Assembly (NCBI RefSeq): GCF_001194135.2
Contig: NC_068987.1
Location: 57,566,020-57,599,915, forward strand
DNA from: Octopus bimaculoides
Lineage: Eukaryota
Length of the DNA stretch: 33,896 bases
Reading direction: 5' to 3'
Positions 12,571-24,292 of this stretch are shown one piece after another. Position 1 is the first letter of the stretch. Every line of letters starts with the position of its first letter. Both the position numbers and the translations under genes were made by a program. The notes beneath the pieces are model-generated. The model made no database searches. It was not told the DNA's origin and was given only the letters and a program-made list of their open reading frames with translations.

Positions 12571-12820
12571 TCTCACTTACACACACACATAAAACAAAAA
12601 TACATATGCACATACTTAGCTTGAATGATGAACTTACTGATGGACAGGCAACAGAGACAGGCAGATACACAGACAGACAGAGATAGATAGAGAGATAAGT
12701 TGATGGAGAGATTTATGGATAAATATGTACAGAATTTTTATCGCTAGCCTAATGAAATGGCAGAACACAATTAGGTTGAAAAAATATATACGATTATATT
12801 GACAACAAAACTCAACTTAC

Positions 12821-12892
12821 AGAGATTTCAGATTGGACAAGTTTGAGAAGGCAAACGGTGGAATCTTTTCAATATGGTTTGTAGCAAGTGAT
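12821..12892 (-). CDS. Internal coding exon of an LRR protein (one LRR unit: xSLATNHIEKIPPFAFSNLSNLKS-L)
   Basis: Acceptor ctacttttttgcag, donor gtaagt, exactly 72 nt, phase 2-2. Translation matches the extracellular LRR consensus LxLxxNxIxxIxxxxFxxLxxL. Confidence 0.9.
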
Positions 12893-13329
12893 CTGCAAAA
12901 AAGTAGGTAAGTATACAAAATACAATATACAAAGATTAATTTGATTTTCTCAATGATTTATCGTGCTTTTCGTATGATAAACTATTTAATTTTAACATTG
13001 ATTAATGCTCCTTCAAATCTTCGATGATTCTTACGACATCATCATTTTCATCATGTCTGTTTTTTCTCTCGCTCTTTCTCCCTCATGTTAATGTGTACAC
13101 ACTTCCAGTGAAAAGAAGTAAATTAATAAATTTCGGAGTGACTAGAACATAAGCAATCAACACTATATATTCTCACACATAAACATCAGTAGATATTAAA
13201 AATCCCAAAATTTCTTCGTTGATTGTATCTGATAAAATTTTCTTCAGTGTTTCAATTTTTATTATTCCATCCTTGGTTTCGTGCATATCCTCAAAGGTAT
13301 TCAACATGTTCTAGTCTCAAAACCTAATA

Positions 13330-13480
13330 AATTTGATAACGGATATTCATGTTTCTTTATGCTAGTATATTTGATATTAAAAAAAAAGAAAATTCCGTCT
13401 AGCTCAGTCTTTGTTTTGGCATTGTCTTCACATTTCCAATTTCTTTTTCTGGTTGCATATATCACAAATATATTAGCTTT
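13330..13480 (-). mobile_element. Possible very old LINE AP-endonuclease remnant
   Basis: KRNWKCEDNAKTKTELDGIF weakly resembles the WTW.SPNG.TKNEIDYI motif. Confidence 0.3.
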
Positions 13481-14184
13481 GGTATTGGTTCGCCTTATTA
13501 ATCCTCAACTGTCATATTTATTTTGAGAAACTGCAATTTCATGCAACTAATATTGTCTCTTTTGCATTCATTTCCATTTCGTAAGTTTATCCTTTTTCAT
13601 CTATCTGTTGTTGCAATGTTTTTATACGATATTCACCAAGAGTAAATAAGATAATATCCTCTTTTTGAATTCCATTCTTCTTATTAACAACCTTAGTATG
13701 TGTTCTATTTCTTTGAAGATCTCAGCGTATAATTTAATTAGGCTTCTAACCTAGATAGTTCTTAATCTTAAATTTCTGGATTCTTTTCCATTCGCTTCTT
13801 ACCAATGGTGTTTGCTTGCTATTGAATGAACAGATTTCGATAGATAGACGTTTAATCATTTCTACATGTGTGTATTTCGTGCATGTGTATGTATGCTTGC
13901 ATGCATGTAAGTATGTCATTATTCAGTTTTATTTTAAGATTTCTTGCCAATAGAAAAAGAGCCGGTTTCTAAACTAGATCCAAGGCTTCTTCATTGGAAT
14001 TTCAACATAAACAACAAGGTACTTTTGTACGTACATACGTATGTATGTATGTATGTATGTATGTATGTATGTATGTATGTATGTACGTATGTATGCATAT
14101 GTACAAATTTATATGTTTTGTTTTATGTTTGTATTCTCATGCATATAATTGTATATATAGAATGCTCATATATATATTAAAATT

Positions 14185-15178
14185 TTTAGATGTTTTACAG
14201 ATCCAGTGATGGATTGGATCTGTAGTCTTGGAATCAAATTTCTCCTTTCTAGATTTGAGTCGCCTAATTTCCCAAGATTGGTATTTAGGCAGTGTGTTAC
14301 ATATCCCAGGCCCCAATAATTTCAGGTATAAACCTAGACTTGTAATCTGGATAGAGTAACCGCAGATTTATCAATAGTTCAACGTAGGTATTCCCTTTTC
14401 ACTGATCTTCAGCTTTATGTTAACATCCGTCGGTCAACTAATTTCCACAACTGTACACAGTTTCTCTTCTCTATCTCAAATCATTATATCAATTCTGTTG
14501 TGCTTACATTTAACGAGGTTTTGACTGAGACATTCCACCAGTGCTCAATTTTTATTACGAGTGGCTATGGTTTCTACCATACTGTAGGTTCTTATTTCTT
14601 TGTTCTCAGGGTTATCCTTCCGGCAGATTTCATTACAGAGTGTCTTAGTAAAAACATCATGTCTCATCATTAGATAATACCGTGATGGCATTTTCGGACA
14701 ACTGCTTTTAGTGTGGGTGATATCTTCAGTGTCAACTCTACATCAGTTGTCACATTTTACTGCTTTCCTTGCGTCTCTATCCCTTTTGTATAACAGGTAT
14801 TTGATTGATATTTCGTGTTCTTTCCAAGTGAAAGTTAGTAATCCGGTAATTGGACCATGATAGACTGCTTTCTACTAACATATCCATACATAGTCTTCTG
14901 CTCATATACGCTCATCCTTTCCTCTGACGAGACGTTGCAGAAGAGTCGTGCAACATTTTGGGGTATGTATTTAAGGTTTTCGGACAAGTAATGCTGTTCA
15001 AGGAGCTACCTTCCAAGTCTCATGATGTTATCACCCTCATGTATGCAAACTTGGTCAGGGGATGCACTTTGACAAAAAGATGTTGCCAAAGGGATATGAT
15101 GCAGCATTCAAAGGCATTTTGTATCGGTGTTAAGCCTCTGCCGCCTTTTCGTTTTAGGTAGAGGCGATCTACGTCATG
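14185..15178 (-). mobile_element. R4/Dong-like non-LTR retrotransposon 3' portion (RT C-terminus, CCHC, restriction-like endonuclease), internally deleted
   Basis: DVDRLYLKRKGGRGL; EDITH..SSCPK..RYYL.MRHD; KHNRIDIMI*DREEKLCTVVEIS*PTDVNIKLKISEK; FIPEIIGA. Confidence 0.85.
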
Positions 15179-15257
15179 TATGTATATATGTATGTAAGTA
15201 TAAGCACATATATACATAATAAAAACATACATATATATACATACAAACATACATGTG

Positions 15258-15292
<35 letters not shown>

Positions 15293-15537
15293 GTTTGTGT
15301 GTGTGCGTGAGTGTATACATAAACACACTCACATATACAGTATATATGTCAGACAGTAGTTGATATCCGAAAAGAAGCACACTCTAAAAGATGCAGTAAT
15401 ATGTAGACGGTTATTTGTTATGGCCAGTAAGGGAGTGACTATTGGTTTCGACTATGACGAGTCGCTTGTACAACTTTATAAATGCGAAACCAGTGGTCAA
15501 TCTCTGTATATATATATCATCTGTACCCTAGCACGAA

Positions 15538-15776
15538 AAAAAAAAGAACCTAGCCAGGGACAAATATCGCAGTGATGATGACGTCATATCTGCTGTTATG
15601 AAAATTTTTTAACCAAGCGGATGAAAGCTTTTTCAACAATGGGACCCAAGCACTGCAGCGCCGATGGAAGAATGATATGGACCGCAAAGAGGACAATATT
15701 AAAAAATAAACCTCATTTGGTCACATTCCATGACAGTTTCTTGGTCAGCCTATGGACTTTTCAACCGACCCTTATA
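15538..15776 (+). mobile_element. mariner 3' end with right TIR (same family as the 32914 element)
   Basis: KKNLARDKYRSDDDVISAV..ADESFFNNGTQALQRRW. The terminal ggtcagcctatggacttttcaaccgacccttata is the reverse complement of a relative of the left TIR at 32915. Confidence 0.85.
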
Positions 15777-16929
15777 CCTATAACGACCAATATAGTGCTT
15801 AGTCTAATGGTAGACATGATGGAACATTGAAATAAATGTTAGACAATATTTGCAATCTCAGTATTGTAGTGTTTGCCATTTCCTTTTCGGAATCTATAAA
15901 TGAATTAACAGTCATAACTTCAACAAAAGTAACGAACCTAACAAGGAGCTTCTAGATGACCGCTTGATCTACTAGATGTTACAGTCATATATTCTCTAAT
16001 TCCATTGTATCGTTTTCTAAAGGGAAGGGTACATTGAATAAACAATCGTTTCGATCAGTTCACATAAGTTAGGGACATATTGATTGACCTGGGAAAAGGC
16101 CATTTTCACTGAAGTTTGGCATGGAAAAAATTCTCACTTGAGGCAAAAAGTATAAAATGCCCAAGTCATTTTGGAGCGTTCCTTATCTACTAACATTTCG
16201 AGCTTTTACAATGTTAGATACAAAGCATGAATAACTCCAAGATGATAATTTATAATATATATATATGTGTTTTGTTAGACTTGCGGTGGAAATTGCTGAC
16301 TCATATTCTATCCTGTAACACAACTCTTTATAATTTATTTCAATGTCCACAAAATGGTATGCTCATGATCGGAACGGCCTTGATTATAAGCTTGCTAAAT
16401 CATGTTTGTACAGTGATGGTGGAAGTTAAACAAAATCAATAATAGTGTAAATAACGAAGCAGCACATAATTGATTGCAGACATCCTCTGTAAATGTGCGG
16501 CTTTTTTGCTGGTGTTTACATTTCGCTGCGTTAGTAAATTCAGCGTTTCTTAAAACCCGCTATAAGATTTACCTTACATTTGAAACTGTCTTCAAATACT
16601 CACTGTAATGTGTTTATATTATTAGTTAACATCTCCCGAAATTTACACAAATCAGACTGACTAATTTCTTTCTATTTGAATTGGTGCATACTATTAAGAG
16701 CTGTATGTTACTATCCGTTCTGATGATAGAATATGAGTCAGCGATCTCCCAATGAGAGTTTTATGAAATCCCAAACTAACAGATCAATTTATTTTTCTGC
16801 AAAAATTAACACGCATGATATAATGTAGTGAAATGTATATTATAACGGATTGATTTCCCATCCAACTTAACGTGTCTTATTATCTAAGGCAACCGAAAGT
16901 ACAAATGCACAAACAATTATGTTCCCATA

Positions 16930-17035
16930 ACATAGCGGTTTGGCAAACGAAACTGAAAGAATAAGTACTAGGCTTTAAAAAGAAATAAGTCCTAGGCCGC
17001 AGTCAAATGATTGAAACAAGTAAAAGAATAAAAGA
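16930..17035 (+). mobile_element. SINE 3' fragment
   Basis: gaataagtactaggct...gccgcagtcaaatgattgaaacaagtaaaaga. Confidence 0.75.
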
Positions 17036-17619
17036 AAGAACACACACGCATACACATCGATTCAATTTGGATTCAGACCTTGTAGTTTGCTTTATTGGTT
17101 ACCAGGTGCAGTTTTACAACGAAGACCGATAGTATTGCTAAAAATACATCGGGGTAAGTACATGAATATCCGAAGAGTATATATATAAAGTGTAAACAAG
17201 AGAGATTGGATTGAGCAAATACGCTTTTTTGCTTACACTAAGTTTCATCAATCTCAGCAGATAGTTGCCGAAATATTACAAAATATATTTAAAGCATTAA
17301 ATATATTATATTGTGTTGATATTATTTCAGCAACACTAATAAGCGAAGTCCACTTAGGCGTGAACGCAAAAAGTTTGCTGTATCAAACCATATTCTATAG
17401 AATATGTACTTCACATTGATTGTATTAGAATTACTTCATTAGCATAACACAATATAAAAAAAAAAACAACAAACAAACGATCATTATATCGTTAACTACA
17501 ATCACAGTTCAGCTGGTCAAGAAAATGGGTAATGAAGAAACAAATTATAATTGTAAAATAATCAAATAGTCAACATCTGATATTGACATAATTCTAGCTG
17601 CATGAAGTACACTGAAAAA

Positions 17620-17935
17620 CTATGGTAGTAAACTCTGGACTAGATCCGATAGAATTGATAGTTTAGATATAAAAATGGGGTCCACTGGCTTGTTACAGGT
17701 CACGGACAGATGGAGTCCTGGGTTCCTTGATTAAGAGGAGGCCTATATAGCGATGACGATCTCTTGATATTAGATAAACGTAGCAATGGAGAAATGGGAA
17801 GACAAACGAAATATTTTTTTAATTCTCTAAAAATTTCGAACTCTCGGTGATGATGGAAAATAATTACCGGGTGGTTAATCTTCTAGATGTTCCACTAAAC
17901 ACAGATACTGGCTTGTATGAATCATATCATAAAAG
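17620..17935 (+). mobile_element. Penelope-like reverse-transcriptase fragment, decayed
   Basis: LDIKMGS...GLYSDDDLLIL...VVNLLDVPLNTDTGLYESYHK resembles FDVTMGS/GLYRDDGL/VNFLDVTLNL motifs. Confidence 0.75.
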
Positions 17936-17939
17936 GTAA

Positions 17940-18240
17940 AGACCACCTTCAGTCATGAATGACCACGGGATTTCACCTAGAAAGTTTCCCTCCGAAGCAC
18001 AAGCCCGGGCAAGGTTGTTTACGGAAGATCAGCAATCACCCATGCATACCAACAACTTCTCTCCACGTCACCGTTGTTATCCAAGGAAAGGACAAAAGCC
18101 GATTCAGCTTGGCACCAGTGACGTTGCAACTCATTTCTACAGCTGAGTGAACTTGTGCAACGTGAAATAAAGTGTCTTGCACAAGAACAGAACACACAGG
18201 CCGGTCCGGGAATCGAACTCACTACTTCATAATTATGAAA
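17940..18240 (-). mobile_element. tRNA-derived SINE (second family)
   Basis: On the minus strand: B-box gagttcgattcccgg, then tgttcttgtgcaagacactttatttcacgttgc core and a GC-richer tail. Confidence 0.8.
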
Positions 18241-18764
18241 CTCAACGAAAATTTAAGATATGTGAACATAAAACTCCATTCATTTACGCTCTATTATAAA
18301 TGGAATAGTAAATAGTGTTCCGTATGGGACAAACGCTGCGTGGTGAAAAAGAATAACTCTATAAAATGAGTCAATGTATAAAAGATATCAACTGACAGAG
18401 TCAATAAAATGCTACACGATTAACTGAATAGGTATAGGCTACATGATAAACGATGTGGAAGTAGGAAAACGTCACAGTGAAGAATCGGGGGACATGATTG
18501 GATGAATAAAAATAGACAATTGATAAACAATGTTTTGTGTCGAAACAACTGAAGTTCTCTCAGTAACGTAGAGAATAATTGTGTAAATGATAACAAAAAA
18601 AAACAAAAAAAAAAAACTGATGGGTGTAGGCAGAAAAGGGAACCTTGAATAACAAAGTTCATATAACTAGTCCTATAGCAAAGGAAAACTTAAGACCTCA
18701 TTCGAAATAAAAAAAAAATAAGTGTGCGGTGTACATACATATACATACATATATAAGAACATAT

Positions 18765-18990
18765 AAATGTTGGTTTCAGATTTTGGTACAAGGCCAGCGA
18801 TTTCGGGAGAGGGGTTAAATCGATAAGATCGACACCAGTGCGCAACTGGTATCTATTTTATCAACTCTGAAATAATGAAAGGTAAAGTCGACCCCGGCGG
18901 CATCTGAGCTCAGAACATAAAGACGGACGAAATGCCGTCAAGCATTTTGGCACAGAAAGTTAAAGATTCTGCCAGCTTACCGCCTTAAAT
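18765..18990 (-). mobile_element. SINE (third family), copy 1 of a tandem pair
   Basis: On the minus strand: ggcagaatc...aaatgct...gttctgagctcagatgccgccggggtcgactttacctttcatt. Confidence 0.8.
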
Positions 18991-19004
18991 ATGAACATAT
19001 GAAT

Positions 19005-19215
19005 ATTGGTTCTTCAAGGCCAAAAGTTTTGAGGGAGGGGTTAAGTCGATTAAATCGACCCCAGTACTCAACTGATACTTATTTTATTGTACCCCAAAAG
19101 GATGAATACCGAAGTCCACACCGGCGGAATTTTGAACTCAGAACGTAAAGACAGACCAAATGTTGCTAAGCATTTTGTCCTGCGCGGTATCGATTCTGAT
19201 AGTCCACCGTCTTAA
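19005..19215 (-). mobile_element. SINE (third family), copy 2 of a tandem pair
   Basis: Colinear with 18765-18990. A degenerate copy also occurs at 31555-31710. Confidence 0.8.
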
Positions 19216-19326
19216 ATATCTGCATATAAATTATAACGAAATAGAAAAGTGATTCCTAATTTTATTTTTTTCTAGTTTTAATTTAATGACTTATGTTTTC
19301 AGTACATAAATATAATGTTAATATAC

Positions 19327-19696
19327 GGACTGCGTGGTTAAAGCAGCGGACTCGCGGTCATAGGATCGCGATTTCGATTCCCAGACCAGGCGTTGTGAGT
19401 ATTTATTGAGCGAAAACACCTAAAGCTCCACGAGACTCCGGCAGGGGATGGTGGCGAACCTTGCTGTACTCTTCCACCACAACTTACTCTTACTTCCTGT
19501 TTCTGTTGTGCCTGTAATTCAAAGGGTCAGCCTTGTCACACTGTGTCACGCTGAATAACCCCGAGAACTACGCTAAGGGTACACGTGTCTGTGGAGTGCT
19601 CCTCAGCCAGTTGCACGTTAATTTCACGAGCAGGCTGTTCCGTTGATCGGATCAACTGAAACCCTCGACGTCGTAAGCGACGGAGTGCCAACAACA
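19327..19696 (+). mobile_element. Full-length tRNA-derived SINE (fourth family)
   Basis: A-box-like tgcgtggttaaagc, B-box-like gatttcgattccc, conserved body, caacaaca tail. Confidence 0.85.
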
Positions 19697-20604
19697 CGGA
19701 CTGCATGGTAATAAAGAAGTATGCCAGCTTTGAATCTATTTTTCGTTGTGGACAGCAGTTGAAGAGGAAAATAGACTGGTCTCTTTTGAGACAGTCTACT
19801 GATCCCTGGTAGTAGGAAATGTGTATACACAGAGATAAGTTGAATGACATGGTTTATCTGTATAGTTTTTTTTTACTGTTTTGTTCTAATAATTTATTTT
19901 CTTCATTCATCCATGTTATTGACTACCTAACCAGTAATTGTGGTGTAAGATTTAATGATATCTGTGTTATGCTAACGAAGTGAATCTAATAGAATTTAAC
20001 AGAATCAACGAGAGGTATACATTATGCGGAATGTAGTTTGATTTAGCAAACTCTTTGTGTTCATACCTGAGCAGTCTTCACTTGTCAGTGTTGCTGAAAT
20101 AATCCTGATGTAATGTAATATATTTAATGTGTTTAATATATTATATAATAATATTTTGGTAAACATCTTCTGTAAAGTGGAAATGAAACAGTTGTAATAT
20201 TAAGCAAAAAAGCACATTCGCTCAATCCAGTCTCTCTTGTTTACACACACACATATATATATGCACACACAGATATATAAATATATATGTATGTGTATTT
20301 ATGTATGTATGTATATATATAAGCAAATATTCGATTGTATATCTGCACATTCTACTCATTATTTGCAATAAGACGTTGTTCTATAAATGTAAACACTTCA
20401 TTATTTTTCTCGTCTTTTTTTTATCAATTGTATATTTTCCAGTATTTTTCTCTCAATCAAACACGTATTCAATTCATATTTTTTTCATTTTTCAGTATCC
20501 CCTACTCACTATGTCATACACGAATTTCTGTCTCTTCGTATTTCTTTCATTTTCTTCATCATTCACTCATTTTATATACCACTAACCTTATCACATTTCC
20601 CCTT

Positions 20605-20709
20605 TACTTCTCTCTCTCTTTTTTCTCTCTCTCTCTTTTTATCTCTCTCTCTCTTTTTTTCTCTCTCTCTCTCTCTCCCTCTCGCTTTTTCTCTCTCTCT
20701 CTTTCTCTC

Positions 20710-20742
<33 letters not shown>

Positions 20743-20745
20743 TGT
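20605..20745. repeat. (CT)-rich simple repeat
   Basis: Directly visible. Confidence 0.95.
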
Positions 20746-21104
20746 AGACATTTATGTTTCGATTTTGTATCTTTCCTCCCTCTTGCTCCATCTCTTCCTG
20801 TCACCCTTTCTCATGTTTACTTATGTCTTACAAGCCACTGACTCCCACTGTCAATATTTCACTTATGTATTTATTTAATCTACTATTTTATAATACTTCG
20901 CTCCCTCTCTTTCGCTCTCTCACTCTCTCTCTTTTATCTTTGTCATGACAGCCTCTGGTCTCTTCATCCAGTGTGACAGAAAGAGGGCAATCAAGAAACG
21001 AAAATAATTGTAACCAAATTTCACGTATTTTATGTGTTGAAGAAAATGATGGCATTAATGATGCTTATGATGTTGATGAAAAGGATTGGAGTGATAATCA
21101 TGAT

Positions 21105-21327
21105 AACGTGCAAGTGGCTGAGTACTCCACAGACACGTGTACCCTTAACGTAGTTCTCGGGGATATTCAGCGTGACACAGTGTGACAAGGCTGACCCTTT
21201 GAATTACAGGCACAACAGAAAGAGGGAGCTTTACGTGTTTTCGCTCAATAAACACTCACAATGCCCGGTCTGGGAATCGAAACCGCGATCCTATGACCGC
21301 GAGTCCCCTGCCCTAACCACTGGGCTA
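21105..21327 (-). mobile_element. Internally deleted, 3'-truncated copy of the 19327 SINE in inverted orientation
   Basis: The reverse complement aligns to 19327-19430 and 19495-19620. Confidence 0.88.
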
Positions 21328-21661
21328 TTGCTCCTCCACTGTTACACTAATATTTGTAGTATATATAACAACCGGGTTGAAGCTCTATCGTTGCCTTGCT
21401 TTCACAGTTGTTCTTACCACAAATAAGAAAAGGAAACTTTCATCAAATATTGACAAATAAATGTGTTATCTTTATAAAAAAACAAACCCAGTTAGAAAAA
21501 TGTTATACAATACTTAATGTACTCCCAATATAAGCTCTAGCAAAGAGACATAATATTGGCATTTTTTTTGTTAAAAAGGAAACATCTTTAGAAAAACGTA
21601 AACTATGCATTGCATGATTTATATCCTATGTCAACTCAAGTAAAGAACTATAACGTTGGTA

Positions 21662-22958
21662 TCTGATATATTATAAAATTCACTGTGTGTGTGTGTGTGT
21701 GTGCTTCTTTTCTGCACGGCCAAACTGCTGGATCAATCTGTACCAAAATTGGCATGAAGGTTTTTCAGTAGCCGGGGAAGGTTCTGGGGGAGGGGTTGTC
21801 AAACTTTGGCCCTTGCCCATATAGGAGGGTATAGCTCCGACCATACGGCCCTTCCGATTTTTTTTGGCGGCATAATACCAAATTTGGCGTGAAGGTTTTA
21901 TATTATTCGGAGAAGGCCCATATAGGACCTTTGTGATTTTTTTCAGTGTTATAATATCGTTTCACTTTTGATAACACTATAGTATTGTTTCACTTATATT
22001 CTTTCACTAATCGTTTCACCTTTATTCTTTCAATAATTGCTTTACTTTTATTATTTCACTTTTGATAAGACTATAATATTGTTTATACTCCATACATACA
22101 ACTGCTTACAAAAATAGAGATTAATGTATAATTTTTTCTATGTTCATACATAATTTTTTGTTTGCAATATTGAAAGATGCCACCAAAGAAAAGTTGTAAT
22201 CTCTCCAGAAACAACTATAAAGCAAGAAGGATTGTGAAAAACCAAAGGTGAGAGTCTCAAGAGAGAAAGGAGATGGGACTTTCTCAAGATCAGCAAACGC
22301 ATGCTGCAGTACGTCAAATGGAGTCTCAAGAGAGAAAGGAAATGGAACTCTCTCAAGCTCAGCAAAGGCATACTGCCGCACATCAGATGGAGTCTCAATA
22401 CAGAAGGGAGAAGATACTTTCCCAAAATTTCCAAATGAAACTAATGGCAGCGCTGCCAGCTCCTTAACCATGTATAGATCTTCTGGAAAGCACTTCTATC
22501 CAGTAAAAGAATTTTCTGAACAATTTCAGACAATACAAATCTGCATTTCAAATAACATCGATTGGTGCATCTGAGGCGATAGTTGAACATGGATTTACGC
22601 CAACGTTCAAAGTTCAAGGGCAAGTCTATCACCTCATTGCTTCCCTTTTACCCACAAATGACCGAATGCACTTCCTCAAAATTTAGATTGTGAGTGATGT
22701 AGGACAACAGACCCGAAGGAGGTATCAAAACTTCAGACGACTTCCACAAACACTGACAGCTTTTCGGTGCTTTAAAAAATCACATACCAACCACCCCTAA
22801 TTTCAATGACAAGTTAGGGCCTAGAATACTCCAAACAGAAGCATGACATGTCGCTTAGTCGAATTAGCCTATCATTTACTCCACAAATGTTTTGTCGCCA
22901 ATATATATATACAAACTAGGCCATTTTCATCCTGAGCAACGCTGGGTATCTCTGCTAG
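21662..22958 (+). mobile_element. Non-autonomous Helitron (deletion derivative) with a Rep N-terminal remnant
   Basis: 5' A|TC start followed by (TG)n. 3' hairpin cctgagcaacgctggg then CTAG|T. Coding remnant MPPKKSCNLSRN, repeated ESQER..LSQ.QQ.HAA units, and FRQYKSAFQITSIGA..GFTPTFKVQGQVYHLIASLLP. Confidence 0.92.
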
Positions 22959-24061
22959 TATTTTATAAAAAGATACCCAGTTAGAAAAAAGTTTTGCATT
23001 AATGTATTTGTACCCCATGTAAACTCTTAAATGTTATAGAGAGATTTATCACAAAAGGACTCTTGGAACGACAATGAATCTAATGGTTGCGAAGTTTGTT
23101 TTCAAAAGCTATTGCGATGATCACGGACAGCTTCATAAAATGATGAAGCGTTAATAAAGTGTTTTTTGTTTAATTCAAAAGGAAGTATTTTCTGAGTTTC
23201 TGTTTTCAAATATTTCTCAGCTCATGTACTTGTAATATATTGATTAATATTTTAGTTAAATTGTATGCACAATGTAACATCAATAAAGATAACACTAAGA
23301 AATATGCATCATAGTGAAGAGTATTACAATTCTATTCGTAACATAGTCTAAAAATAATAAATACGTAATGTGTTAAACATAAAACTGTTAAAATGTAGGT
23401 ATGTACAATTATATTTAACATGTTCAGAAACTACTCCGGGAGACTGCTTCGGGACGTATATTCTCTTTATGGACAATGAGTAAGAAACTGCTTATCACTG
23501 AACCATTAATAATGTTATCGGACCGTAGGGCACCTATTTCTGCATCGCTATGAACTATCAGCAACAGACACTGGATCTGTTATTCATGCTAAAAACGATG
23601 ACAACGGCCCGATGACCTCATTCATAGTCCAGTGGTGTGTTTTTCATACACATTGTCTATAACGAGAAATTCTCACGTGAAACAGTTTCCGGAGCAAGGT
23701 TTTCTCATGTCTGAGTATACATGAAAGTGCTAGATATAATTGTAAATACATTTTTAAAAAATTATTTCTGCTTAGTTTAGTTCTAATTAATAAATTTCTG
23801 CTTGATAAAGCTTTGCACATATTAAGAAAATGTTATTTGTTGTTTAAGCACAAGAACGACAGTTCTTTGTAAATTATGCACGGCGGCTTCGGTATTAGAA
23901 TCTAATGAAGTGTAACGATGCAGAAATGCTGCTGAGTAAGCATTTAATTAATTAATTACTTTTAACTTCTAAATATATTGCTTAAAGATTTGCTTTGTAA
24001 TAATAGATATTGCTGACCTGATGTAAAATTGTATTCAACACTCATTTAGTACAAAAATTGC

Positions 24062-24292
24062 TTAACCCATTAAGTCCCAGAGTACTTAAATTTCTGAATA
24101 TTACTTCTAAATTTTTACAGATGATTGAAAATAGGTTAAAATAATTAAAATAATTATTAAAACCCCTTTACTTCAAGAAGAAATGGAAATACTCGGTGTC
24201 CTATAAATAGGACACTGAGACAAGGTGATATAGCTTATTTAAGGTTATCATTTCGTGTCCTATTTATAGGATAGTGAGACTTAATGAGTTAA
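24062..24292. mobile_element. piggyBac-type MITE with TTAA target-site duplication
   Basis: TTAA|cccattaagtccca ... tgagacttaatgag|TTAA (12/14 TIR match). Subterminal inverted motifs gtgtcctataaataggacac and gtgtcctatttataggatag. Confidence 0.8.

Noticed and set aside
16604-16671. Minus-strand exon candidate ending at a gtgagt donor (KEISQSDLCKFREMLTNNINTL)
   Set aside because: Poor acceptor, joining to 12892 breaks the LRR register by one residue, and it lies inside the 18-bp inverted-repeat interval.
20066-20092. 27-nt micro-exon candidate
   Set aside because: It is part of a dispersed repeat whose paralogue at about 17330 lacks the donor site.
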